64,000 nucleotides of DNA. It comes from an uncultured Candidatus Saccharibacteria bacterium (lineage in GTDB: Bacteria; Patescibacteriota; 4484-211; JAGQKX01). Positions within the stretch are counted from its first letter, which is position 1; each line of letters opens with the position of its first letter. The notes under the pieces were generated by a model. The model made no database searches, was not told the origin of the DNA, and worked only from the letters and a program-made list of their open reading frames with translations. Made by a program: the position numbers and the translations under genes. The stretch covers positions 67,665-131,664 of the forward strand of contig CAYMOT010000003.1 of NCBI GenBank assembly GCA_964392315.1. The letters are read 5' to 3'. Shown one piece after another: positions 46,593-56,063 of the stretch.

Positions 46593-49391
46593 TTACCAAT
46601 CAAAGACTTCGACAATACTCTCAATTCGAGCTTTAATTCTGTCAACAACATCATGCCATTCTAGTATTCTGGGTTGCTCTGTGAGCATATCGGCGATCTC
46701 TTGTTTTTGTGGCAACTTCTGGGTATATGTGTATTCACTAATAACTTTCTTAAGTCTTTCAATAGGTATGTTCTCTTTCTCTGCCAATTCTTGGAGTGCG
46801 TATAGCCGCTCGGTATTCCAAAATTCAACAAATGCTTCCTCAACTCCTTCATGTGTTGTTACTTTCGGTAAATTTTCTTCAATAAACTTACGAATCAAAT
46901 CTTTCTTTTTCCTCAGTTGTACGTCTCGGTCAAATACGCTCAATATCTCCTCTGTTTTCTTCTGTCTGAGTTCACCAAGCGGTATATTCCTGAGTCCAGC
47001 AAGCAGCATAATTATGTAGTCAAAATCGATAATATCGCGTACCGTTAACTCAAGTTCAAAATCTATCTGGTCAAGTATAGACTCAGCATCTGGATCATGG
47101 TTCTTACGTTCATCGTAAATATCCAGGTATTTACTTTGATAATCGTAAAACTCCTGCTCGCTGATACTGAGTATACTAAACGAAAACTCAGCGAATGTTT
47201 CTAATGATGCCTTGATACGAAGCAAATCACGGAATGATTTAATAAATGCTGCTTTCTGCTCATCCCCCTGGAGATCGTCAATAGCCTCAACGGTTGGCAC
47301 CACTTCTTTAAGTTCTGCCAATTTGTCTTCAAAATCTTTCTTTTGCTCGTCAAACGGTCGTTTGAATACAACTTCTTTGGCATTTTCATCACCAAAGAGT
47401 GCCAACGCTTTATCTGTTGCTTCTTTGAGATTTCTAAATGAGGTGATATTCCCGTGTGGTTTATCAGAATTATACAAGCGGTTAGTGCGAGAATACGCCT
47501 GAACTAGTCCGTGATATCGCAAGTTTTTGTCGACAAATAACGTGTTGAGCAGTTTGCTATCAAAACCAGTCAAAAACATATTTACTACTAACACGAGATT
47601 CACTTCATTCTTCTTTATACGTTCCTGCAGATTTTTGTAATAATCGTAAAACCGATCAGTTGAATAATTGGTACCAAATGTTTCATTGTAATCACTGATA
47701 CACGTTTCTAAAAATTCTCGGGAATGTTCATTACCTACCGTCCCTTCTCCGGCAAATACATCCACTTCTAACATGTCTGAGCTCTCATCCTCATTTGCTT
47801 GGTACGTAAAAATTGTAGCAATGGTGAAATCTTCAGGCTTTCTCTCCTTAAATAATGTGTAGTACCTTTTGAGCACTTCTATTCGTGGGGTAGCAAACAA
47901 CGCATTGAATTTACCGTTTTTGGTTTTACGCTTCCAGTCTGCAAGTATATAGTCAGCTATCTTACTAAGGCGATCTTCACTTTCGAGAACTTCGCGCGTA
48001 TCGATTCCTTCCACCATTGCATCAGCTAAGATATCCGCATCAAGCGTATCTGCGTCTTTTTGTGTGTATTTTCCGACGTACTCGACGGCAAATCCAAGCA
48101 CGTTATTATCTTCTATGGCGTGGGTAATAATGTACTTATGAAGGCATTCACCAAATACATCTGCTGTGGTAACCCCACCAATATTGTTCTCTGCAAAAAT
48201 TGGTGTTCCAGTAAACCCAAATAGCTGCGCATTAACAAAGCATTGTTTGATGCGTGTGTGCGTCAGTCCAAATTGTCCTCGATGGCATTCATCGAAAATT
48301 ATTACTACCTTCTCGTTCTTTAGAAATTCAAACTGTTTTTGGTAGGATTCTTTTGTTATAGCGATATCGAGTTTTTGGATGGTAGTTACGATAAGCTTTC
48401 TATTTGGGTCTTTGAGTTGTTCTACCAAATTCCTAGTATTATCTGTACCATCAACTGATCCGTCAGAGAATGAATTAAATTCTTTAGTTGTTTGTATATC
48501 AAGGTCTTTGCGGTCAACAACAAACAAGACTTTCTTAATTTCCGGTATTCGTGAAAGTACTTGGCTTGTTTTGTAAGAAGTGAGTGTTTTACCTGATCCG
48601 GTAGTGTGCCAGATATATCCATTCTTGGTAGATTCTCGTACACGCTTCTCTATCGCCTTTACTGCGTAATATTGGTAAGGTCGTAGTACCATTGGGATCT
48701 TAGGTGCCTCTGCGAGTACCGTGTACTCAGCGATCATGGCGGAGACGTTACACTTTTCCAAGAATACTTCGGCAAACTCTGAGAGCTTGGTTGTTTTTTG
48801 GTTGTTTATATCTGTCCAGAAGAATGTTTGTTCGAAGGATTGTTCGGGGTTATTTGCAAAATACTTGGTGTTCACACCGTTACTAATTACAAATATCTGC
48901 ACATATTCAAAGAGGGTGCCGCTAAATGAGTGCCTGTGATATCGCCGAATCTGATTGAATGCTTCTTTCATCTCAACGCCTCGGCGTTTTAGCTCTATGT
49001 GTACCAGTGGTAAGCCATTAACAAGGAGAGAAACGTCGTAACGGTTTTTGTAACTTCCGTCCTGAGTGATCTGACGCGTAACTTGATACACGTTTTTGCA
49101 CCATTGATCCATGTTAAAGAATCGAATGAACTTTGTACTTTCATCATCACGTTTTAAGGCAAATCTATCTCGTAATGTCTTGGCCTTGGCAAATCGATCA
49201 CCTTTGTTGAGGTGATTAAGGATACGTGTAAACTCAGCATCCGAGAATGTCGTCTCGTTAAACCGCTCCAACTGCGCGCGGAGATTTGCAATAAGAACAT
49301 TTTTGTCAGGAATCACAACATTTTCAAATCCCAAACCATTGAGCTGCTCAATTAGTTCGTTCTCGAGTTCTAGTTCACTCTGATGTGTCAT
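46593..49391 (-). CDS. hsdR: Type I restriction enzyme R subunit
   Basis: 932 aa with helicase motif I HTTGSGKTLTSYK and motif II IFDECHRGQ, and the size and order of an HsdR. Confidence 0.85.
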   Translation of the reverse strand: MTHQSELELENELIEQLNGLGFENVVIPDKNVLIANLRAQLERFNETTFSDAEFTRILNHLNKGDRFAKAKTLRDRFALKRDDESTKFIRFFNMDQWCKNVYQVTRQITQDGSYKNRYDVSLLVNGLPLVHIELKRRGVEMKEAFNQIRRYHRHSFSGTLFEYVQIFVISNGVNTKYFANNPEQSFEQTFFWTDINNQKTTKLSEFAEVFLEKCNVSAMIAEYTVLAEAPKIPMVLRPYQYYAVKAIEKRVRESTKNGYIWHTTGSGKTLTSYKTSQVLSRIPEIKKVLFVVDRKDLDIQTTKEFNSFSDGSVDGTDNTRNLVEQLKDPNRKLIVTTIQKLDIAITKESYQKQFEFLKNEKVVIIFDECHRGQFGLTHTRIKQCFVNAQLFGFTGTPIFAENNIGGVTTADVFGECLHKYIITHAIEDNNVLGFAVEYVGKYTQKDADTLDADILADAMVEGIDTREVLESEDRLSKIADYILADWKRKTKNGKFNALFATPRIEVLKRYYTLFKERKPEDFTIATIFTYQANEDESSDMLEVDVFAGEGTVGNEHSREFLETCISDYNETFGTNYSTDRFYDYYKNLQERIKKNEVNLVLVVNMFLTGFDSKLLNTLFVDKNLRYHGLVQAYSRTNRLYNSDKPHGNITSFRNLKEATDKALALFGDENAKEVVFKRPFDEQKKDFEDKLAELKEVVPTVEAIDDLQGDEQKAAFIKSFRDLLRIKASLETFAEFSFSILSISEQEFYDYQSKYLDIYDERKNHDPDAESILDQIDFELELTVRDIIDFDYIIMLLAGLRNIPLGELRQKKTEEILSVFDRDVQLRKKKDLIRKFIEENLPKVTTHEGVEEAFVEFWNTERLYALQELAEKENIPIERLKKVISEYTYTQKLPQKQEIADMLTEQPRILEWHDVVDRIKARIESIVEVFDW

Positions 49392-50529
49392 AATTGTTGT
49401 TTCGAGGTACTTTTTTTATTGCTAGGTCTATCAAAGCAAGTATACGGAAAAACAGGTAGTCTTTATTTGAATTATCATTCAGTGGGATTTTATCTGTTTC
49501 GGAATGTCTAATCATGTAATTATTACCTATCTGTGTTAAAGTTCTAAATTCGCTCTCGAAAAAAGACTTATCTAGTTCGTTTGAAAGAATTCCAATTAAT
49601 TCTGCGACAGACGCTTTCTTATCAGTAGGTATGTTTATAGATTTGAGTCGTTCGAAAGCATCCCACACTTTCTCGATAGCCTCTTGTTTCCTACCTTCAA
49701 TATAGAAGTTCTTTGCGGAATCAATTAATTCATTAAAAATATTATCTTCGGTGCTTGTTGACTTATTGGTGAGTAATTCAAGATTAACATTCAGTTTATA
49801 TGCTGCATCTGTATCAATTGTCTGATTTGCGGAAATAGAATTTTCGAGAAAGTCAGAGAACTCTTCCCTTGCTTCTGTTATTAATGTATCCAAGTCCAAC
49901 TCTTTAATTTTCGAATAATCTACAAAGTATTTTTTTCTGAAAACCGCTTCTGTTATTCGATAAATATCATGGATGTTTAATTCATATAATACGGAGGCAA
50001 TCCAAGTTGCTCTTGTTGAACCATCATGTTGATAATCAAACCCAATATCTCTGAAAAATTTTGTAATATACCAGGAAGATCTATAAGGAAACTTCTCATT
50101 GTCCCCACAAATGATTACTGCTAAATCATCTTCGAAGTCAACAGATTCCCTTCTGGCTTCTAGTAATTTCTTTTTTTTCAAAAATGCTTCGTCAGGGTAC
50201 TCGTTACTTGAATAATAAAAAACCTCATCCTCGAGTAAAGAATCCAACATATTTATTGATTTTATGCTTGGACCTACGAATACGTAATTACTTCCCCATT
50301 TTTCCAAAATATCGTAGCAGCCAAGATCAATTCGAGTTAATTTGCATCTGACATGAGGTGACAATGCAACTTTAATTTCATCGATTAATTTATTGAAGGC
50401 TAATAACCATTTTTCTTCCTGACCATGATTGGGCAATGTGCTAACGAATTCGTTTAACTGTCCTATTTGTTTATTAAGTAAGTCTTGTTTGGTCATATGA
50501 ACATCCTTTGCAGCAAGCCTTTTTTCCAC
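49375..50529 (-). CDS. Hypothetical protein embedded between hsdS and hsdR (384 aa)
   Basis: Overlaps the hsdR start by 17 bp and the hsdS stop by 37 bp, which suggests translational coupling. No Walker A, and more AT-rich than the hsd genes. Confidence 0.55.
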   Translation of the reverse strand: MEKRLAAKDVHMTKQDLLNKQIGQLNEFVSTLPNHGQEEKWLLAFNKLIDEIKVALSPHVRCKLTRIDLGCYDILEKWGSNYVFVGPSIKSINMLDSLLEDEVFYYSSNEYPDEAFLKKKKLLEARRESVDFEDDLAVIICGDNEKFPYRSSWYITKFFRDIGFDYQHDGSTRATWIASVLYELNIHDIYRITEAVFRKKYFVDYSKIKELDLDTLITEAREEFSDFLENSISANQTIDTDAAYKLNVNLELLTNKSTSTEDNIFNELIDSAKNFYIEGRKQEAIEKVWDAFERLKSINIPTDKKASVAELIGILSNELDKSFFESEFRTLTQIGNNYMIRHSETDKIPLNDNSNKDYLFFRILALIDLAIKKVPRNNNYDTSE

Positions 50530-51680
50530 AGCTCTGCTTGGGATATTTGTTGTTGTTTGGATTCTATAAGATTATCCAAAGAAGTCAAAAAGTCAGCGAT
50601 CCTTTGCTGTTCTGCGACACTAGGCATTTCGATTGCAATAGACGCCATAACGTTATTCATCAGTTTAGGGTTTCCTACGTAAGATACATAACGGCGGGTT
50701 ACTTGATTGAGCATTTCGGCAATCGTTGCATTCGCAAAACCCACTTCCGAAAGTAGTACCCCACATACGTTAGTACAATAAAACTTCCCATTGCGGTAAG
50801 TTACACGTCCGGCGTTCGCTCCGTCAGTAGTCCACGTTATTGCATCTTCATATAAATAATCGTTGTAATATCCCCAGAGACCATTATTCTGTGTTTGAGA
50901 TGAGTATACTGGGTACAGATATTCACCATCGGGTATAGGTTTTATATTGTTGGCGGCAAGTACATCACCCCTGGTTATTTTGAAAACATCGTGTACTTTT
51001 TTTTCCTTCCACTTCGGAAAATCATTCCCATCATCATCTTTGAACCGTACCTCTTGCGAGAAGATCTTTTGCATCATGCCTTTTTTGTATTGCTCAAGTG
51101 CCTTCTTTTGTTGTTTGAGATTCCCAATCCACTCATCAGCAGTGGAGAGAAATGCCGCTATCTTCTGTTGTTCGCCTTCCGTTGGTACGTTGGTTACCAG
51201 TGATTTAAGGCCTGATGCGTATAGATGCACGACGGAATTACCTTGTGCAAGTCGTGCTATATCTCTTTGTCTGAAGTTTGAAAGATAATAAGCCCAGAAT
51301 ACTCCAATACTACCCTGCTTTAATCTGAGCACGTTGAGGTCTCCACCCAAGAGAATGCCAGCACGTAATACACAGCTAGTTGTTGCAATATCCAATGCTG
51401 TCTCGCCAGATGAAGGAATCAGTAAATCATTTTCCTCACTAACAAATGAATCTTCTGGCGATACATCTGTATTGGATATGATTTCATACACGACTTCACT
51501 ATACTGTGTATATAATTCCCCATATCGTATGCACTGATGCACTCCATCAATAGAAACATCATCTTTTGATATCCCTTTACCTTTGTAAAAAGTAGCAATA
51601 TCGCCTAACTTTTTCTCGTCCCACTCTCCGCTAAATTCAGAAAACCGCAGTTGGGGTATTTTTTTTATTAGCTTATTCAT
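50493..51680 (-). CDS. hsdS: Type I restriction-modification specificity subunit
   Basis: 395 aa with two target-recognition-domain halves separated by conserved helical spacers (e.g. ...LEQYKKGMMQKIFSQE... and ...AELWKKGLLQRMF). Confidence 0.8.
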   Translation of the reverse strand: MNKLIKKIPQLRFSEFSGEWDEKKLGDIATFYKGKGISKDDVSIDGVHQCIRYGELYTQYSEVVYEIISNTDVSPEDSFVSEENDLLIPSSGETALDIATTSCVLRAGILLGGDLNVLRLKQGSIGVFWAYYLSNFRQRDIARLAQGNSVVHLYASGLKSLVTNVPTEGEQQKIAAFLSTADEWIGNLKQQKKALEQYKKGMMQKIFSQEVRFKDDDGNDFPKWKEKKVHDVFKITRGDVLAANNIKPIPDGEYLYPVYSSQTQNNGLWGYYNDYLYEDAITWTTDGANAGRVTYRNGKFYCTNVCGVLLSEVGFANATIAEMLNQVTRRYVSYVGNPKLMNNVMASIAIEMPSVAEQQRIADFLTSLDNLIESKQQQISQAELWKKGLLQRMFI

Positions 51681-52356
51681 ATCCCTCCTTTTTATTTGTC
51701 AGGTCTGCGTTACTAATAAACTGATAATAGTGACTTCCTAGACCAGAAATAAGAATATAGGGTGTTGGCACCCCTGGCTTATCGGTAGCCATACGTGCAC
51801 GATCATCGTGAATAAGAAGGCCTAGTGATATTAGATGCAGTATAGATTCATGACGAGAAGGGGACTCTCTAGTATCTCTAAATGACCTGCCAGTCTCATA
51901 TTCTTTTGATAACCTCACTAAATATTCGAAAGTTTCTGCATCATACAGTGTAATTTGCTTGGTAAGTTCATTTAATCGCTCAAGTGGGTATAATACTGGG
52001 TGCTGAGAACACGAGTAACTCTTGAAAATTTCACGTAGTATTTTTCTCTTTGATTCATTTCGTTCTCTTATATAGTTTTCTAAAGATATTACGAATGCGT
52101 CTTGAAACTCTTCTGTACTCACAACGTCCTTCGTAAATATTGTGGGATTATCACGTATCATTTCTACCCACTCAATGGCTTTTTTCTGTCTCAGGGCGAT
52201 CCCATTTCCAATTAGAGCTTTGGTTAATCCCCACGCACCAGATACTAATGGAGTACCCCCCAGAGTTGTATCAATTGCTACAACAATAGCATCCACACTT
52301 GCTATTCCAGCTCTTTTCATAAGCTCTTTGTCACTTTCTAATATTTTATCTTGCAT
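51673..52356 (-). CDS. Hypothetical protein embedded between hsdM and hsdS (227 aa)
   Basis: 8-bp overlap with the hsdS start and a 12-bp gap after hsdM; no motif recognised. Confidence 0.55.
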   Translation of the reverse strand: MQDKILESDKELMKRAGIASVDAIVVAIDTTLGGTPLVSGAWGLTKALIGNGIALRQKKAIEWVEMIRDNPTIFTKDVVSTEEFQDAFVISLENYIRERNESKRKILREIFKSYSCSQHPVLYPLERLNELTKQITLYDAETFEYLVRLSKEYETGRSFRDTRESPSRHESILHLISLGLLIHDDRARMATDKPGVPTPYILISGLGSHYYQFISNADLTNKKEGYE

Positions 52357-52368
52357 GTATTCCTAGTA

Positions 52369-53946
52369 TCAAAATGGTGTCTCTATTCCGAGTTCTTTGC
52401 AGTATTCGGCTATTTTGTCTTTGAGCGGTAGTTCATCTTGTGCAAGTTTTTTTATTTCTTTTGCCACTGTTTCTATATCTATTTCTGGTTCAGGTTCAAA
52501 GGCATCTACGTATCGCGGAATATTGAGGTTGTAGTCGTTTTCTTTGATCTCATCGAGTGTGGCTTTGTGTGAGTATTTGTCTACTTCCATGCGAGCTGAA
52601 TAGGTATCAAAAATCTTTGCTAAGTTCTCGTCACTAAGTCTGTTCTGGTTCTTACCTTTTTCAAAACCTTTTGACGCATCGATAAATAAAATATCATCAT
52701 CTTCTTCCCGACATTTTTTAAACACTAACACCGTTGCAGGGATTGATGTACCGTAAAATAGATTGGCAGGAAGTCCAATGACCGCATCAAGATAATTCTG
52801 CTTTTCTATGATGTACTTACGAATCTGTCCTTCTGCCCCAGAACGGAATAATGCGCCATGTGGCAAGACAACCGCCATAACTCCATTGTCTGCGAGGTGA
52901 TAGAGCATGTGTGTAACAAACGCGTAATCTGCAGCACTTTTTGGTGCTAACCTACCGTATTGGGAGAATCGTTCATCATGCGCAAGTACCGGATCATTAT
53001 CACTTTTCCATTTGGCAGAAAAAGGTGGGTTTGCAACGACTGCCTCAGCTTGCAAATCAAGATGCATATCATCGGAAAGCGTATCTCCCTGGCGTATGCT
53101 AAAGTGACTGAACGGAACACCGTGCAATATCATATTCATACGGGCAAGGTTATACGTTGTCTGATTGAGTTCCTGCCCATAGTAGTCAACAACCTGTGCA
53201 TACTCACCAACACGCAACAGTAACGAACCCGATCCACACGTTGGATCATACACAGACTTAAGTCTATTTTTACCTTCTGTAACTATTTGCGCCAATAGAC
53301 GAGAGACTTGGGCAGGTGTATAGAATTCACCACCCTTTTTTCCGGCCCCCGCAGCAAACTCTCCAATAAGATATTCATACGCATCACCCAACAAATCACT
53401 CCTTGAATCTTCGATTTGAAAATCTATACCCGATAGTAGCGTAAGCACATCCACGATTACCTCGTTTTTTTTGCTCTCTGATTTACCGAGCTTTGAAGAA
53501 GTAAGATCCACATCAGCAAAGAGTTCATTAAAGTCGTCTTCACTTGCCGTACCCATTGATGTTTGTTCAATTGTATTGAGTACATTTTTAAGATCTTCAA
53601 GAATAAAAGTATCCTGACCATTAATCTCACCGTTACCTTTTTTCACAAGAAATGAAAACAATTCTGTTGGCTTGAGGAAATACCCTAGGTGATCCACCGT
53701 TGCATCTTTGACCGCAGCTAGTACCTTACTACTATCACGTGAGTCTTCATCAATTTCTTCGAAAGTATACTTTTCGCGGGTGAGGAGTCTGCTGTTTATG
53801 TACGCAGCAAGTTTCTCCGAGAGGTATTTATAAAAAATAAACCCGAGGATGTAGTTTTTATACTCATCGGCATTCATTTTGCCACGCAAAACATTTGCCA
53901 CTGCCCACAATTGTTTTTCTAGAAGTTGCTTATGATCTTCAGACAT
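52369..53946 (-). CDS. hsdM: Type I restriction-modification N6-adenine DNA methyltransferase
   Basis: 525 aa with SAM motif I DPTCGSGSLL and motif IV VVANPPFS. Confidence 0.85.
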   Translation of the reverse strand: MSEDHKQLLEKQLWAVANVLRGKMNADEYKNYILGFIFYKYLSEKLAAYINSRLLTREKYTFEEIDEDSRDSSKVLAAVKDATVDHLGYFLKPTELFSFLVKKGNGEINGQDTFILEDLKNVLNTIEQTSMGTASEDDFNELFADVDLTSSKLGKSESKKNEVIVDVLTLLSGIDFQIEDSRSDLLGDAYEYLIGEFAAGAGKKGGEFYTPAQVSRLLAQIVTEGKNRLKSVYDPTCGSGSLLLRVGEYAQVVDYYGQELNQTTYNLARMNMILHGVPFSHFSIRQGDTLSDDMHLDLQAEAVVANPPFSAKWKSDNDPVLAHDERFSQYGRLAPKSAADYAFVTHMLYHLADNGVMAVVLPHGALFRSGAEGQIRKYIIEKQNYLDAVIGLPANLFYGTSIPATVLVFKKCREEDDDILFIDASKGFEKGKNQNRLSDENLAKIFDTYSARMEVDKYSHKATLDEIKENDYNLNIPRYVDAFEPEPEIDIETVAKEIKKLAQDELPLKDKIAEYCKELGIETPF

Positions 53947-54010
53947 ATCTAAAGGGCTTATTCGGCCATTATAGCACGCAAAAATGGCTAACCAGAGATA
54001 ATTCTTGGAA

Positions 54011-54430
54011 CTAATGTGTCTCGGTGTATTTTTTGAAGTTGTCGAGAATTACCTGCCAGCCGTCGTGTTGCATTTCGCGGGGGTTTTCGTTTTCTGGATC
54101 GAAGGTTTGGGTTATGGTCACGCCTTCTGCTGATTCTGATAACTCTGTTTTCACATGCCGTCCGTCATCCATGTCATATTCTATGAGTTCATGTTGCTTC
54201 ACATTGGTATACGTACCGACAAAATCAAAACTGGCACTGTTGTCCTTTGCACTCATGATGGTCTTGAACGTACCGCCGACCTGCAGATCATTATGAACGC
54301 CTTCTGCTTCCCAGTCGTCTGAGGCAAATGCCCAGCGAGTTATATGCTCAGGACTATTTAAGTATTCCCATACCTTTTCCATTGAAGCGTGAACAGTTAT
54401 TTGAATGGTAATCGGCTCATCCGTGTGCAT
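54011..54430 (-). CDS. SRPBCC-fold protein (AHSA1/YndB-like)
   Basis: 139 aa; ITIQITVHASMEKVWEYLNSPEHITRW is typical of the Activator-of-Hsp90-ATPase-homolog-like SRPBCC family. Confidence 0.6.
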   Translation of the reverse strand: MHTDEPITIQITVHASMEKVWEYLNSPEHITRWAFASDDWEAEGVHNDLQVGGTFKTIMSAKDNSASFDFVGTYTNVKQHELIEYDMDDGRHVKTELSESAEGVTITQTFDPENENPREMQHDGWQVILDNFKKYTETH

Positions 54431-54456
54431 ACTTTTATTCTAAGCAACAATTTGAA

Positions 54457-55209
54457 TTAATTGTATTTTTGCTCAGGGTACGTAATTCGAGATTGTTTGA
54501 CAGTAAACCCTCTGACTTCTAAATTAACTATGGCGTCACCGACGCATCTACTCGGAAAATTTGCAACTTCAGTGTTATTTCCATCGACAATTTCAGGATG
54601 ATTTTGTAAATACAACTCATGAGCTGAATCAAGAGAAGCAATACGTTTATCTTCGTAAGTTAAGTTTCTGCCTCGAATGATTATTGTCTTAACACCTAAA
54701 GACGCCATTAAGCTACCTAATTCATTCCAGTTATCCAGCACCGTGTCTTCTTTCTGTATGACCAAGTCTTCCTGATGTTTTAAACACGGCACGGCACTCC
54801 CTTGGAACGTTCGTACAAAATAAACTTTTCCTCCTATCTTTTCTTGTAAATCTCGGTAGAAAATTTCATAATCTGTAATATTTTCTTCCATCTCTGGAAC
54901 AAATGGATTCGCTTCGATCAAACTAACTACTGGTATTTTTCCTTTTGAAATTTGCTTTAAAGCCCTATCTCGGTCTTCTGCATATCTGGTAAACATCTCG
55001 ATCTCTTCCTCAGTACTCGGATCAAAATCACCTACATAATGGGAATGAATCCACATTTCAATAGCACCATTAGTAGAAGCAATTCTTGCACGAAGCTCTT
55101 CCAATTCTTCTGGTGACAAATTAACCAAATCTCGAAATTCGAACTCATCGCTTAGTGTTTCTTGCGTTTCTACTATTTCTCGAAAATCTCTCATTGCTCT
55201 TTCTATCAT
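54457..55209 (-). CDS. Hypothetical protein (250 aa)
   Basis: Acidic; no motif recognised. Confidence 0.4.
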   Translation of the reverse strand: MIERAMRDFREIVETQETLSDEFEFRDLVNLSPEELEELRARIASTNGAIEMWIHSHYVGDFDPSTEEEIEMFTRYAEDRDRALKQISKGKIPVVSLIEANPFVPEMEENITDYEIFYRDLQEKIGGKVYFVRTFQGSAVPCLKHQEDLVIQKEDTVLDNWNELGSLMASLGVKTIIIRGRNLTYEDKRIASLDSAHELYLQNHPEIVDGNNTEVANFPSRCVGDAIVNLEVRGFTVKQSRITYPEQKYN

Positions 55210-55280
55210 GCGTTAAGTATAGCAAAATGAGCATTAATCACTTTCTTGCACATGTGTTACATCCTTGGCATACTGATATC

Positions 55281-55841
55281 ATGGCGACTAAAAAAGCAAA
55301 AAAAGGATTCTCGTTTAACCGTCGTTTGCAGCTCATCATCTTTGCCATTGCCCTGGTGGTGATTGGAGTTGTTGGCTATTACGCCGTTACAGTGTATGAG
55401 GAAACTGAGGCAGAACAGCTCGGGATTGTAATTTGTAACGCAGAAAAATGCGAAAAATCCGTTCACATCCACGCGGACATTCATGCTTCTGTATGCGGTG
55501 AGAAAATCGACTTTCCAAAAAATGAAGGGAGCGTTGTGGAACAACATACACACGCTGAGCAGGATTACCTTCACCTGCATATTAAATTCGAAGTCGATCC
55601 GGTAACACACGAACCAATCGACCGAGCACCTCATGAACTCGCAAACTTTTTCAAAAACGTAAAAATCCCCTTCTCCTCTAACCCGGCGACACTCGGTGAG
55701 TATACTGTTGGACAAACCTGCCCGAATGGCAAAATACTTGCACAGGAAGACCTCAATATGTCAGTGAATGGTGTCGAAACAACTGAATTTGAACAGTATA
55801 TGTGGAAAGACGGCGATGATATTCGGCTCACCTTTGAGTAG
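55281..55841 (+). CDS. Membrane-anchored His-rich hypothetical protein
   Basis: The ORF opens at 55155, but the likely start is MATKKAKKG at 55281. One TM helix, followed by a His-rich ectodomain (HIHADIH, HTHAEQDYLHLH). Confidence 0.45.
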   Translation: MATKKAKKGFSFNRRLQLIIFAIALVVIGVVGYYAVTVYEETEAEQLGIVICNAEKCEKSVHIHADIHASVCGEKIDFPKNEGSVVEQHTHAEQDYLHLHIKFEVDPVTHEPIDRAPHELANFFKNVKIPFSSNPATLGEYTVGQTCPNGKILAQEDLNMSVNGVETTEFEQYMWKDGDDIRLTFE

Positions 55842-55893
55842 CGCTTGCCCAACACGGTTGAAGTGTGTTAAGAATAATAAAGATCATTAGGTT

Positions 55894-56061
55894 ATGGAAG
55901 ATAACACCTGCACATACTGCGAAAAACCACATAGTACCGGCGAGAAAGGCCCTTTCGTTGCTGATACCGAGGAAAAGTATTGCTGTGAACAGTGCTACAA
56001 GGAACACGAAGAGCAAGCCGACCATTCAAAAAAGAAAGAAACCGCGTGTGAATTCTGCTAA
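55894..56061 (+). CDS. TRASH/YHS-like small Cys-rich metal-binding protein (55 aa)
   Basis: MEDNTCTYCEKPH...YCCEQCYKEHEE...ACEFC has the CxxC...CxxxC spacing of TRASH domains. It ends 2 bp before the ccdA-like gene. It is under 60 aa and so absent from the ORF track. Confidence 0.45.
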   Translation: MEDNTCTYCEKPHSTGEKGPFVADTEEKYCCEQCYKEHEEQADHSKKKETACEFC

Positions 56062-56063
56062 TT

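Noticed and set aside
49375-50529. 384-aa RM-embedded gene as anticodon nuclease PrrC/RloC
   Set aside because: It occupies the prrC slot but has no Walker A P-loop or recognisable HEPN Rx4-6H motif. I keep it as unknown rather than calling it PrrC.
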